Part shown: positions 13,192-26,600 of the stretch, one piece after another
Layout: every line of letters starts with the position of its first letter
How positions within the stretch are numbered: the stretch's first letter is position 1
Origin: Carcharhinus longimanus
Taxonomy: Eukaryota
Direction of reading: 5' to 3'
Assembly: GCA_030264375.1 (NCBI GenBank)
Contig: JASCQW010000119.1
Span: 8,700,372 to 8,760,172 of the forward strand
Length of the DNA: 59,801 bases
Translations under genes and position numbers: made by a program
The notes under the pieces: generated by a model
What the model was told of the DNA's origin: nothing
Database searches by the model: none
What the model saw: only the letters and a program-made list of their open reading frames with translations

Positions 13192-14149
13192 GTGAGAAAA
13201 AAATGTTTTTCATAAACATTTCATTGTTGTTTCAAAACAATGTGTACCGTCTGACAGTGGCAATAGCAAAATCCCCAGCACATTCTGTAGGTTATGAAAC
13301 ATAAATCTGTTCTTCAAAACTTTTCGAATTTAAGATTAGTATTTGCCCTACAAACGTTTGTATTAATATGAAATGTTTCGGGGTATAGTTTGAATGTTTT
13401 GCTGTATAGTCTTCGGGTACATGGCAATTATGTTCTGGGGAAGCCCTGCTCAAAGTCGTAATGTAAGAGTTGACCAGCATTTTATACAGAAGGTCTGATG
13501 TCCGGTGCACAATGCAAGAGGTGGCGAAATTGGGTTACGTTCTTTACTGAAAATTGATATGGCCGTTTCAATGACAGCACTCTGCGAAATCTGTAAGGGA
13601 AATGTATGTTTCTAACTTCCCAATAACCACTTGAAAGTCCAAGGCTGAGCCCAGCATCAGACACCGCCACAAGTGCATGACTAACAAGAGACATTGCAAA
13701 CCACCTCATCATCGATGAATGCCCGCCCCCAACATCTGTCCAACCCTGAAACATGCTGCCGCCAATCAAAAAATGAGGTTAAGCGCGATCTTGATTATGC
13801 ATCTGTCATGTTCCAAATAAATTTCCGGTCGATAGCTCAGACGGATTCGTCAATGACCTACCACGTCCAACCTACCCGGCAACATAATCACGCAAAACAA
13901 TCCACCATGGAATAAAACATACATTTGCATGCAGACACCCCCTTACTCGGGGGATAGACTCAGTGTGCTTACTTCCGTGATTCAAAACTGCATTAATAAT
14001 GACATAACCTATAGACAACAATGACGGTATGCAGGAAATGGAGAACATACAGGAAACAAACTGATTATTCAGGAAAAGGTATCCCTACCGGTTCACAAGT
14101 TCCAGCATTTGTCCGTGTACTTGGGCTGCGGCTAACACATGTTATGTTT

Positions 14150-15560
14150 ATCTCCTATCAGCACAAGACCAAATGACTCAGAGATAGACCTTTTCGCCCC
14201 GAAATTAGGTTCTAACATTCAGTGCCATAATAGCTGATCAATTATCTCCCATGATCATTTTCAAACGCTTCCCCAGGACTTTTGATTTCTTGACTGATCA
14301 TAAATATATCTCGGTCAGCGTTAAATGTAAAATTCGCCCCAGTTTGGCAATGAATCGTAGACACTCATAATCGTCGAAGAGTAGAAACTCCTCTGAATCA
14401 TATCATTAATTTATCTCCCCTTTAGTCTGAAGCAATGCCATGTGTTCCTTAACTTTGCCACATTCGCCAAGTGGCTGCAGAATTCGATATTTTTGAGTGT
14501 TGTAGTCTTGCAGACTTCTGAGTTCCGATAAGCAGAGTCCTACTTGGTTCACATTTCCTTGAAAAAAAAAATCCTCCATATCAGGGATAATCTCAATATT
14601 TTGTTTTTTATGTATTGTCTCCAATAACAAAAATAAACGCGTTTCCTAATATGCGAGGTGAAAATTGCAACGCACCTCGGAGGAGTTCGCCCTACTATTT
14701 TGTGCAACAATACATTAATTGATTCCAATTTCTCCACTCTTTCTGAAAAAAAACATATTATGAAAAATCTCAGAAAAAGAAATCAGAAAATGAATCGCCT
14801 CTCACGGAACATTGTCTACCATTCTTAGTTTGATTACGTATTTCCACATATCATGTTATTACATCCTTAATAATTGATTCATTGTTTTTCAAACAATAGA
14901 TGTCAGTCTCACTCGTTTATTGTGTCTCACCCCATTTTGATTAGGAGTGCCTTTTTTTTTCAGTTATCCAGTCCTCGGCTAGTAACCCAGAGCGCAAGGA
15001 TATTTTGGAGAATTACAATCAGTGCGTCCAGTTTCTGTGTCCCTATTCTTTATTAAAATTGAGCAATGCAAGCCACAAGATGAGATGAATTATCTATCTT
15101 TAGTCTCATTAGTTTGCTACTTTTCTAATGTCACCAAAGACAATGGATCATACCACAAATCGCTCTCGATCATTCTTGCGAAGTACTTTCATTTCATCTC
15201 TTTATATCGTGTTTAGTCCTCCTTTACTGAATTCTGAAATTGGGATGATCCTTGACCTTAACTTCCTGAAATGCGTACTTTCTCTATCAAATACAATGTC
15301 CTTTTAACTCCTCGGTTATTCACTTTCTTTTTCATTTTCGCGTTTCCAAGAGAAAAATATAATCCTTCTTATTGGACATCATTTTTGCTTTGAGTAACGT
15401 GCTGCATCCATTAATGTCTGCAATGCTTCCTTGTCTTCTTTTCAATTTACCTGTCAGTCCACTTCAGTAAACGAAGCCCTCACATCATCTCTGTGGTCAT
15501 TACTAAATACAATCGTTCCCGACGGAAGATTCATGCCATCACACTGAATAGTAAATGATA
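14150..15560 (-). mobile_element. Highly degenerate CR1 LINE
   Basis: Reverse-complement CR1 3'UTR pattern at 14,170-14,340, followed by eroded ORF2-like sequence. Confidence 0.6.
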
Positions 15561-17429
15561 TCATGGAATCCTTCGTCTAAAACTTTACTGAGATAAACAG
15601 GAGCGTTGCGACTGGAATAATTATCCGGAGATACGGGATAAAGTGTGAGGGATGCAGGATCGAGTATCATCATGGCTGGCGGTGAGATTAATATACATAA
15701 TGGAAATAAATATCTACAAATAACAATGGAGTGATTCTTGATCGTGGGCCATCGATATTTTTCGAGAAAGATAGAAGTTACCTTTACTTGCTCTTGGCAA
15801 TATTCGCTTCAAGTACACAACTGAACGTTTACACATAAATGTTCTCAAATAAAACGTGATGATCCAGCCAGAGATGCTTTCATCCAGAAAATGGATTGAA
15901 TGAAAAAAAAAATCCGGGTGCAAGACCCTCACAGACCATCAACGGAAATCTGGACAACGGATATATATGTCTAGAATATGCAATGAGAATCAACTTTTCA
16001 TTTCTTTTTTCGTTATTACGGTGCACTAACCTTCACACGTGGTTTAAATAAATATTTCCACACGAGACTGAAATCTCAACTCCACGTATATCGCATATTC
16101 AAGATGCATGCAATCTGCATTACTGCAAATTAGTCAAACTTCTGCAAGAAAGATGGACTTGATGGCCGTAAATATGGCAGGTGCTATAGTGCTGTATACT
16201 GAATACTGCAAATAAATGAATCAATCTTTTTTTTTTCACAAATGCGTTTTCATTGTTATCTGTGATGTGGACTCTCACCACAGATCCCTATCTGGTGAGA
16301 CATTGAAAGCTAAGGAAAACGATTATTGTTGTTGCACATATTTAATCTTTAAACAATAAAGGATGCTTCATATTGTTCAGTATTCCTTGGTGTGAAGAAT
16401 TCTTTGACAAGGAGTCTGCAATATCACAAAAACTGGAAGAGTTATCATGGTTAATTGTTTATCCTAGAATGAGACCGATGGCCCGGGACGTGCAGATTTA
16501 ACGTTATTTCTCAAGTTGCACATTAAGGGTCCATAAGCGGCCTTCGAAGACTTTAGTAATGAATGTGATCTAAATCGTGCAGTAGGAGAATTGTTTCATA
16601 ACCGTTTAAATATACCACTCGATGGGATCACGTTTGGTCTTCTTTCATAGACTGAAATAAGTGCTCAGTTCCATAATGTTCCACGTTTTGCAAAACAATA
16701 TCAGTCGACAGAAATAAGAAGAGCTGACTTTGCGTTGCAAATATTTCCTTCCTTCTGGAAACATTTTACATCATTCAATTAATTTCTCAAATGCTAGTGT
16801 TTAGGTTTCGATGACAATATAGGAGCAAAAACAAAATAATGCTTCAGCTTCAGTCAGCAGGTTTTCAGTAGCGCAACGAAGACACCAAAGAACATCATGT
16901 ACATGTTACACTGAGAGTCCGCAGGGCAATGGCGAATTATTGTTTTGCTTGTTCTCCGATATTTCATTTGTTTCAATGAACGGAATACCAATGTGATTCT
17001 ATATTTTGTTGTATTTAATTAGCTCTGAAACAGTTTCTTACTTGCACAATTTGCATCACATTCATATGATTTACTAGTTCGCTTTCTAGACGTAAGTATA
17101 CATTTTGAGGCTCCATTACGTTGCAGCAATGATATCACTAATTGTTTGAGTCTTCAATGCAAACTACTGAAAACATTGCGGTACTAGATGGGAGAACACA
17201 CGAAAATGATTCATGCAGGCATTTGACTAGGTAACATATGTGCAGAAAAAAGCATGGTTCATCTCCAGCACTGATAATTGAGTGGTGATTACTTTGGGCT
17301 GGCAAGGCGTTGCCTTGTTAAGATGTTATTTCAAAGAACATCTGCAAACATGTGGACCGACTGCCCTCGTTCTGCATTCATGGGATCATGTGATTCGATG
17401 AATCTATCTGCACGCTCACAAATAACCAC

Positions 17430-17702
17430 ATGTTCAGATGCGCACAAAACATGCAATACACAAACACACAAATATATTTGCATATAAACCCGGCTATGCA
17501 GAGAGATACAAAGGCATGCGAACACAAGCGAAGATACGTGGAAACACATACACCTTGCAAACAAAAAACAATGAAAGCACATACACAAGCAAACACATAT
17601 ATACACACAGTCGAAGGCACAGACACAAACTTGCACACGGCGGCCGAAACAAATGTATCCACATCTGATGAGAAAAAAAAGATCTGCAAGCACAAAGAAA
17701 CA

Positions 17703-17742
<40 letters not shown>

Positions 17743-17760
17743 CACAGAGGCAGGCACACA
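17430..17760. repeat. (CA)n microsatellite with degenerate CA-rich flank
   Basis: Near-pure CA run at ~17,700-17,740; it explains the THTHT/CVCVC ORFs. Confidence 0.95.
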
Positions 17761-19119
17761 TTCTGAATGAATCAGGAACAGAAGGAAAAAGAAACAGCTC
17801 AATATAATTCATACGTAATTTTCATAGGTATCGGAAGACTGCAACAACACACCTGTGCACATAGAATTGGATAAACACAAACATATTCGCATGGCCACAT
17901 ATCCATGTATAGTTACGTGAAACTCAATCTTCACTGACCTTTTCGCAAAGATAACTAAACGCAGAGTTGATAGCAACTTTGTCTATGCATAATACTTTGT
18001 CTTAGTCTTAATATCTGTTCTGTCAAATATTCCAGATAGCCTGAAGCATGATATCATTGTCACTACAGCACGGCGTAAATACTTCACTACTTTTTGAATG
18101 ATACACCGCTGATTCGCCAGGTGATGAAAAAAAAAACACGCTAGTAACGTTCTATCTCACACAGCGTCCCTATGGAGACATACAGTGATGTGTTGCAGAG
18201 TTCCGCTCAAAGTTTCATAGGGAATGTATTAAAGCCCACTCGTTTAATCACCTCATCCAATTCGATCATACCCCAATTCCGAACATAAGTTCTTCTCCCA
18301 GACTGGAACATATTTCCTCACTCCATGATTGTACCTATACCCAATAGCCAAGTCCACAAAGATCCAAAACTCTACCCCATGGAAATGGGATAGCAATTGA
18401 ATCCCCCTCCTTCTTAATGTGTGCAGAATGTGTGCTGGAGCACGCTCAGAAGCGAATCTCACCCATCGAACATATCAGACAGAACCCTTCCCAGCCACTA
18501 ACTAAAAGGGATGCGTACGATTATCGTAATATACCCCAGCAAATTCTATGGATCAAACTGGAAATTGCCTGCTTGATGGTATTTCAGTTTCACCGAAATA
18601 TTTATGATAAACCACATTTCAACAGCCAGTTTACTACGAAAAAAAGAGCCGCCATTCTAAGTTAGTTGGATTTGCAAGTCACTGCGTCGTTTCGGCAGTA
18701 TTTAGCTGTCGGCTACAAGCGGAGTTTTCAGATTTTATTTTTGGCATATCTGGTAATTGCACTGCAAACTCTTGGAATGCCAATGGACTTTACATTGCAG
18801 AGTGCACCACATCTTCCATCGTCTGACTTCGAGTACGAAGAACCACATATATTCTTCCTGACTGATGAGTGTTCCACTTGCTGACAATATTTTGTTACAA
18901 TAAACGCAGAACGCGTCACTTCAAAAAAAAAAGATAGAGAACTTTTTTTTTATCTGGGTACATTGCAGCATATAGTCCAAAACATACATGGATATAGGTG
19001 GCCTATTTAGCTGAATAGTACTAATATTTGTATCGCATCTGCCGCTATATCGACACTCAAGATTTGCGAAAAATCAAAACAGCATATCTGTTCCATGCAT
19101 ACCATGCATAGTCGTTACC

Positions 19120-19440
19120 CGGGTGACATGGTTACACATGGTTAGCACTGCTGCCTCTCAATACCAGGATCACAAGTTTGGTTACCACCTTGTTTTCTGC
19201 CTGCGTGGATTTTGAACATTATCCTCGTTTCTGCGAGATATTCCTCCGGGTGCACTGGTTTCCCACCAGAGTCCAAAGATGTGTGTGTTCGCTTGATTGG
19301 CACGGCAAATTTTCCCTTATTGTCAACGGGCTCTCAGTGTAAATAATTTGGCTATAGTGATGGGATCTGGGTGGATTTGTGGCTGATGCAGTCTCGAATG
19401 TCTGACTGACGTCCTTCTGCACTGTAGGGGTTCCAAAATT
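19120..19440 (+). mobile_element. HE1-like tRNA-derived V-SINE
   Basis: tggttagcactgctgcctc head, ctccgggtgcactggtttccc..gtccaaagatgtg V domain, and gcagtctcga...tctgcactgtaggg LINE-derived tail. Confidence 0.9.
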
Positions 19441-19760
19441 CCGTTCAATTCAATAGTCATAACTTCTAATGTATTAATATAACGTTTTGTTCACTTACAT
19501 CGTTATTTATATAAGAACTTCAATTTGTTTGCGCTAACTGAAAATAATAAGTCAACCTTGTTAATTAGACATTGTTTGTAAAAAAGGCCATTACACTGTT
19601 TGTATTGTTAAATCAAAACTGGGAACGTGAACAGACTGAGAAGCACACCATGAAGAAATAAATTTTAAAAAGTTTCCTAAAATTTACATATTTATGCGAT
19701 GCAAGAAACCATCCAGCATTACATTGTTTCAATTTGGATGTGTCATTTTTAATCTCACAG

Positions 19761-19787
19761 AAAATAAATTGAAATCGAAAGTCAAAG
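19761..19787 (+). CDS. Microexon 3 (27 nt, K/ENKLKSKVK)
   Basis: ttttaatctcacag|...AAG|gtaagc. Confidence 0.85.
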
Positions 19788-20992
19788 GTAAGCAGTTTAC
19801 GAAAAGAAACTCGAAGTCCATCTGATAACTCCATAAAACGATGAATGCTCCTTTTCTTAATAATCATTTTTTCATAAATTTAACTGAAGTTTACAATCGC
19901 ATTATCAAGACTGTTTCACCAAGCTTCACCATTCATGAGCGATTCCACTGACAGTAGTGAATTTTTTTACGATTATTCCCTAAATCTTAGCTTCAATCTG
20001 AGGATGAATATACCCAACAACGTAGGTTATCAACAAATTGCTTCAACGATAATCCGTTCTAGTCTGGGAATTGCGATCCGAGAGCTGACCGGCTTGCAAA
20101 CTACGGCACAGAAGAAATACGTTTCAGAATGCATATCGTGGAAGTAAGGAGATTTCAATATACGAGGTTGGAGACGACGGCATGCAATTGCAAAGACCAG
20201 AGTTGAGTCTTTACGCGAGAAGAGGCTAAAACGTCTTTCTTCCAAAGTATGTTTATGTGCACTTAACACATTGCATCCTCAGATCTGTTTCTTATTGTTA
20301 TTGCTTGATAGTCATTTCATCATGTTTCGGATATGAAGGATGGAGGAACATGTATTGTTGTCATAGGACAACATTTAGTATTGGCTGCTGACAGCTTCAG
20401 TTATTTGTTTCCACACTCAAGCTTCCTCTACTTGAAATAATTTCTCCTCTTCACTGCACGGAGGGGAAAAAAGAAAACAAAAGAACAGATCTTTGGAATT
20501 GCTTCAATTATTGGGAGTATTTCAAAGCATGAATTGCATGTAATTGTGCCTTATATGTACACAGCTAATGGTGCCTTGGTGAAACATTGTCCGCATTTGA
20601 GTGCAGTGACAAATTGCAACATCAACATTGAACAAACGTTTATTAGTTAGCTTGGAGACATTTAAACAAGAGCTAAATGTCTAAAACGAAATTGTAGCAG
20701 ACTGCACGACCGTTTTGTGAAGCTTAGGGGAAAATGATAATAGCCGAAGATTTGGGCATCTGTCTTCCAAATCTTATTTATTTTAGACTTCATTACCTTC
20801 GCAATTGGAGAAAATAACCCAACGAATTGCAATGACTGACATGATTCCCATTAATGTTAGATCAATTGAGAATGCTGAGATGACATTGGCCACTCTGACG
20901 CTAACTGACAAAAAAGGCAGGAAAGCATGAAGTAGCTGGATATTTTCTTTTTTAAATATAAGTGCTTCAACACAAATGATTCTCATTCCCAG

Positions 20993-21028
20993 AATTATCC
21001 GAATGTGAAGGACGATCAGAAGAATTAG
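20993..21028 (+). CDS. Microexon 4 (36 nt, ELSECEGRSEEL)
   Basis: ttctcattcccag|...TTAG|gttggg. Confidence 0.85.
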   Translation, partial: NYPNVKDDQKN

Positions 21029-21618
21029 GTTGGGAAATAATCCGATTTTCTATCTAATTTTGTTTAATAATTTGTTAAATATCACATCTTATTTTCCCCG
21101 CTTCACTTTAGACTTGTACTATTGATGTAACTTTTCATTGTGCCATTCATAGTCCACATTGCAGAGAGAGAGAAAAAATGGAATGCGTAATAAAGCAAAA
21201 CATGAAGAAAATAGTGTATAAATGCGAGCAATGTAACGTGGCTGTCTGGTTGACTATCTACTACATCAGGTTCAACATTGAACATTTGTGATCCTGCATA
21301 TCATGCGTTTTATGTGTCAGATCATTTCCACATTGTCGACAGTCCTTGCACAAATGCCAAGAACGAAGAAAAAAGTCGCCACATATCTGGTTTCTATGTT
21401 ACGTTTGGACGTAGAATAACATTGTGATAACATTAGACAATGTGTTGCCTGTATAGCAACGACATCGGACGAGTTATGTGCGCTTGGAAGCATGATATTT
21501 GTTAATTTCCTTGATTGACCACTCATGAAGGCCATCGGCACACAGATTCCAATTCTGCCAATACGCATTGTCCTAATTTCTTCTGACTTGCATCGTTAAA
21601 CGTTTCCTTCCGCAACAG

Positions 21619-21645
21619 ACGAAATGTTGAATGCAAAAGTGAAAG
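21619..21645 (+). CDS. Microexon 5 (27 nt, DEMLNAKVK)
   Basis: tttccttccgcaacag|...AAG|gtattt. Confidence 0.85.
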
Positions 21646-22066
21646 GTATTTTCAAAACATATTTGAGACCTTTAAAATTAATACAGAAACACATGTTGAA
21701 AGAGATTGTCTGTGGTCCTTGTGGGACATGAAAAACACTTGGCTTGAAACAATGTAAAATGCAATATGTCAATCACCCACTAATTTGGCTTGTTGTTGAA
21801 GAATTATACCCGATTCTTAGAGTACAGGCCAGGGATAACGTCAAAGCATTGACAACTGGTATAAGATATTTAATAGCAGCGTTATAATAATGATGTATGT
21901 TATTTGTGAAAGGTTGGCAGCAGGCTTTCAACTGAAGGGTTGTTGCTAGAAAGTAATGCATGATCAGATATTAAATGACTGTTTTCGTAGGAAAAAAGAA
22001 ATGAAAACAAGTTTTTTTTTGCAAAGCCAGAACGAGTCATTACAGGGATTGCTGAATAAAATATAT

Positions 22067-22160
22067 CGTGTGTGTGTGTGTGTGTGTGTGTGAGTGTGTG
22101 TGTGATTATTGCGTGTGTTTATTGTGTGTGTGTTTGGGGTGTGGGGGCTGGGAGGCTGGG
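22067..22160. repeat. (TG)n microsatellite
   Basis: Direct reading. Confidence 0.95.
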
Positions 22161-22169
22161 AGGTGGAAG

Positions 22170-22990
22170 GTGTAGGCAGAGTGTGATGACAATATGTTTC
22201 GGACATTGCCAAGAACATGTGGTTTCAGAAATTTGGTTGAAAGGATGGTGGACAGGGAAGACTTACAGGTAACTTGATGCATGTGAATTGGAATTTTACA
22301 AGACTTGGTGGTGCTTGGAAAATAAGGTGCAGGCGACACAAAGATTGGCCGAGTGGTTCTAGTGTAGAGGATAGCTAATAGCTACAAACGTTAACCGTGG
22401 TTTGGTGGAATGGGAGGGAAAACACAGCTGGTTTGCAATACAGATAACTAAAATGAGAGAGGTCAAACAAAAGAAAAGACTACGCAATCAATGGAAAGAT
22501 TCTAAGAATGCTGGATAAAGCGAGAGATATTTGCGTCCAAATGGCCAGACCCAGAAATGTGGCACTTCATGGTGAGAAGTTTATGTGCACGACATTTGTT
22601 AAGCTCTCCTCAATGGCTGAGTTATATGATTTAATGTCAGGTTGTGATGGTGGAACCGAATAAAACACTGGTGAGAGCATCATTAGAGTTTTCTTTTGTA
22701 CAGCTCTGGCTGTCATATTTTAGGATGGAGGTAATTGTTCTGGAGATGGTGCAGAGGATGTTGCCATTTGTTTTCCACAAAAGGTGGTGGATGTATCAAA
22801 TGTACTCCTTGAGTTGATGGTTGAAAGAGAAATACTACACTATTGTCAGAAGTTCTAAGATATGCAGCTTGTAAGAGTCATTGTAATGAGCCGGATTCAG
22901 TGAGGGTGATTAAACATGACATCCAGAGTTCTCAAGCTATCATTGACAAGATGGGACTAATGTCACCCATCTGTGACTAATCTAGAAACT
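22170..22990 (+). mobile_element. CR1 LINE 3' fragment, internally deleted
   Basis: DTKIGRVV, KTLVRASLE and LEMVQRM motifs, then 3'UTR. Confidence 0.8.
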
Positions 22991-23370
22991 GACTGTGATT
23001 GGGGGATGCGGAGGGGGCAGGGTGAAGGGGGTGTATTGTATTTTTAAGGCATTGTTGCGATTTTCTGGGTTACATCAGAAGCTGCTGTGAAATGGCATTT
23101 GATGATAAAAATTTGAAAGCTTACCGTCCGTTGCGTGGATCATTGCAGTGTAGGTATTGTAATAATTGACAAAGAATGACATACCGTTGTCTCCGCTTTT
23201 ACATCATTCCCAAATCCTTCTATTTGAATATCAAAAACTGTTGTTTTATTTTGTTCGTTATTGAAGAGGTGTAACAAAATGATTCCCACGAATGTTACAT
23301 CTGCGCCAGTGTGATCAATAAACAACTGCATTCCAGACGAGGCTGAAGTATTGCTGTTTCAATGCTGTAG

Positions 23371-23406
23371 GACAGAAGAAGTTGTCAGACTATTTAAATG
23401 AATTAG
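23371..23406 (+). CDS. Microexon 6 (36 nt, GQKKLSDYLNEL)
   Basis: tgtttcaatgctgtag|...TTAG|gtgaga. Confidence 0.8.
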
Positions 23407-25506
23407 GTGAGAAATTACTGCATGTCTCTTTGAAACATGGACCTAGATGCTTAATACAGAATAAAACAAAAATAAAGACCTTCAAATGTGCGATCAGATG
23501 AAGGAGTAACCTTCTAACATGTGGTGAAAAAATGATAACATACGATGCGTCACCTCTTATGTACACGTTGTTTCTTTTTTATCTGAACATCGTCACCATG
23601 TAGAGCACCATTATAATCCATAATCTATTCAAAATAGCCAGGTTCGAACAATAGAGGCATGGGAACGTGATCAACTGAAAATTCCCCTCCAAGCTAAGTT
23701 GAATATTACTCAATTCTTTCGCAATCAGTGTGGCAATGTTGCGTGCCTACACGGAAGGATTCACTGTATTCCGACAAGACATTTGCTGTAACGTACAACG
23801 AATAAGGCCGCGACTATCTACTGAATAACATTATGGAGGTGGAAATTCATGTTAGTTTATGGAGGGACGCATGGATCCCATGATCGAAAACCAAAGTCAA
23901 ATATGTGGGATCAATTAACATAGTTTCAAACACACTTCAACGATGTAAATGGTAATACATCATTAGTCAGATTACATTTCGAAATATCTCCCGATCGATA
24001 TTCTCAATTCGAATTTAAATATACCAGACGATAACCTGAATACAAGTAGGCGGCTCCTTCTCGGACTGCATGTCAAAATCCAAAATGTGCATCCCTTAAC
24101 TGGAACTATTCAATCCCAGTGTAATTCTTTTCGTAGTCTTGTTGAAACAAGTGTCCTGCAAATTTCACATCATATCCATCAAGCGGTTTGCATCAAAGAA
24201 TAAGAACTGATATACAAAAACAATCCATGTCCAAGAATCTCAAATGAAGCCATGAATTCCAACCTTCCGATAGAATTGGGAAACCCCTCGGAACTTCGCA
24301 ACTAAACGTGTGGAGGACTTCGCCTAATGATAGCAAACTCCTCCATGAAATTGCGGTGCATAAAAAAAACAATTTGCATTTGTTTCCAATTCCGCTAGGC
24401 CAATTATTATTTCGAAACAAAACAAAAAAGAGGTCTACCTTCTGAGCAACCATTCCAATGAATCAAACCACAGTCTAACGGTTAGCATCAACCTACAACT
24501 TTACACAACCAAAAAACCCTCATGGACAACAACGGATGTGACTGTTGCCACCCCCCAATAAACAATAGCATGCATCGTTCTATGAACTCGGAATACATGG
24601 CATTTTCCAGAATCTTAATGAAGAGTAAGGAACAAAAAAAACAATGGGCCCACTCTCAAACCGAATTCTAAGGCAATTGCCAGACCAAGGAATTTATGTC
24701 TCATTTGCCAATGGTTTCCATGCTGCAAATTGATGCCTGGATCACAGCCATTCCGATTAAGTTGCACTAAGGAAATAATGAACCTCTCTGGCACGAACTT
24801 CCTGACGAATTACAGGTGAACCCGGAATCCTCAACCAGGGAGTGATGAACTTTTAGTTATTCTGCCAAACATAGACGAGATTGTGCAAATGCATGACGCA
24901 TGATAAATACTTCGAATTTCTCTAAGGCTTGCATTCAAAAATACACTGACATCAATTTGGCATTATAATTCGGAATCACTGTGTATTTCAGCACGAATGC
25001 GAGAAACTAAATACATTTACACACAAGGCTTATTGTCTTGCAACCGAACGTGCGGCACGGTGCTGTAACACGTAAAACTACACCTCTATGGAAGCAATGT
25101 CCTGCATTTCTGAACTTGTCAATGATTTTACCAATCATTGTGGCATGTCTAGATTGCTCTGAGCAATATTTTCGAATGTAATCGTTCCGTATTGCATTCT
25201 CTATTACACAGAATATACCACTGCAAATCCTCCTGCTGAGCAATCAACCTTCGTTGTCATGCATGTTCCATTTCTTGTAATATAACTTGGAACGCATAAG
25301 ACAAATATTTTCGCTATTACCTTCCTTGTTTGAGCAATGCTCAAATTCTACGTCACCAAGAAATTTCATGCGTTTCTTCATTAAATGTGTCCGTGCAAAT
25401 TTCGCTGCCCGGTTTAAATATTGCCTCTATGCGTATACTTTTTCATGTAATGATCAAAACTATCGCGCTTTGAATGAAAACAAATTGTATATATTGTTTT
25501 CATAAG

Positions 25507-25533
25507 GTGGGAAGCTAAAAGCGAAAAATCAAG
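25507..25533 (+). CDS. Microexon 7 (27 nt, GGKLKAKNQ)
   Basis: ttgtttttcataag|...AAG|gtaact. Confidence 0.8.
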
Positions 25534-26056
25534 GTAACTATTTGTACGTCCACTATTGTACAAGGTACTTCATACTGACTTTTTTTATTTTTTTTTACGA
25601 CTGTTTAAACAGATTTCACTGATCTTCAGGAAGCATGTCTTGATATAGGAAATGATATTCGCGCAATTATCTTCATTGTTCTGCTTTCAAGACGACCAAG
25701 ATTAGAAGGGGTTCTGCATTCAGACGATGAATGCACCATCTTGATCGGAAATCACAACAATGCTTTTATTTTCAGATTGCTGAAAGCAAATATTGTGTCC
25801 TAATGTACACATTTACAACTCGGGCAGAAAATGCACAGACTCAGCACCATTATGCTCCTATTATCCGAATCGTTATCCAATAATGTTAACATCTTTGTTG
25901 AGCGTGGCAGTTCTAATAGTGAATAATTTGGGACAGTTTCAAAGGACAATGAATGCCAATTGCTAGTTTGCTCTTCGGGAAACAAGAAGGAACAATAACA
26001 AGTCATTTTATCTGCATTAATCGAGAAACCAAAAAAAAAAAAATTTTCATTTGCAG

Positions 26057-26092
26057 AGCTAAACAATTGTCAGCAATATTTAGAAGACTTAG
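26057..26092 (+). CDS. Microexon 8 (36 nt, ELNNCQQYLEDL)
   Basis: ttttcatttgcag|...TTAG|gtaaga. Confidence 0.9.
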
Positions 26093-26274
26093 GTAAGAAA
26101 AACATTCAGCTCCTAACATTAAAGTTTGTACATTTCCCAGAAATAAAACGCGAATCTTTTGTGCGTATCAACTTCAAAATACATTTGCAAAGTTCGGCGT
26201 AAAGCAGATAGTATCTGATATTGGTCTCATGGAGAATATCGTGAGGCCAAAAATTGCTCTCTGCTCTTTGAATA

Positions 26275-26600
26275 GGTTGGAAGTCTCACAAGTCCAACAA
26301 GTTTATTTGGTAGCATATGCCACCAGCTTTCGGACCGTTGACCCTTCGTCATGTGAGTGGGATTTCAATTCACAACCAGGACATATAAGGACACTAAGTT
26401 ACGAAATAATAGTTGGAATGCGAGTTTAACAGTTAATCATGTTTCAAAGGTACAGACAAGGCCAGAGGTCAAGACTAGAAGACAAGAAAGAGAAGAACTT
26501 GTCTATGCCAGAAAGTCGGCAGTTCTACCCTTCTTTCAGTGAGAGTCCGAACTCAACCTCATGATTCAGCTCGCCCAGATATTTGCCGCCGAATTTCACA
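26275..26600 (-). mobile_element. Penelope-like terminal-repeat fragment with degenerate hammerhead core
   Basis: Minus strand reads cacatgacgaagggtcaacggtccgaaagctggtg...accaaataaacttgttggac. Confidence 0.6.

Noticed and set aside
17331-17812. Cys/Val- and Thr/His-rich ORFs
   Set aside because: Translations of a CA microsatellite.
18150-18920. Protein-like ORFs suggesting a receptor or enzyme exon
   Set aside because: No continuous frame or recognisable motif; parts resemble an eroded interspersed repeat.
23125-23364. Minus-strand exon-like segment (MQLFIDHTGADVTF...)
   Set aside because: Stops in all frames from the acceptor; the apparent pyrimidine tract is just the complement of purine-rich microexon 6.
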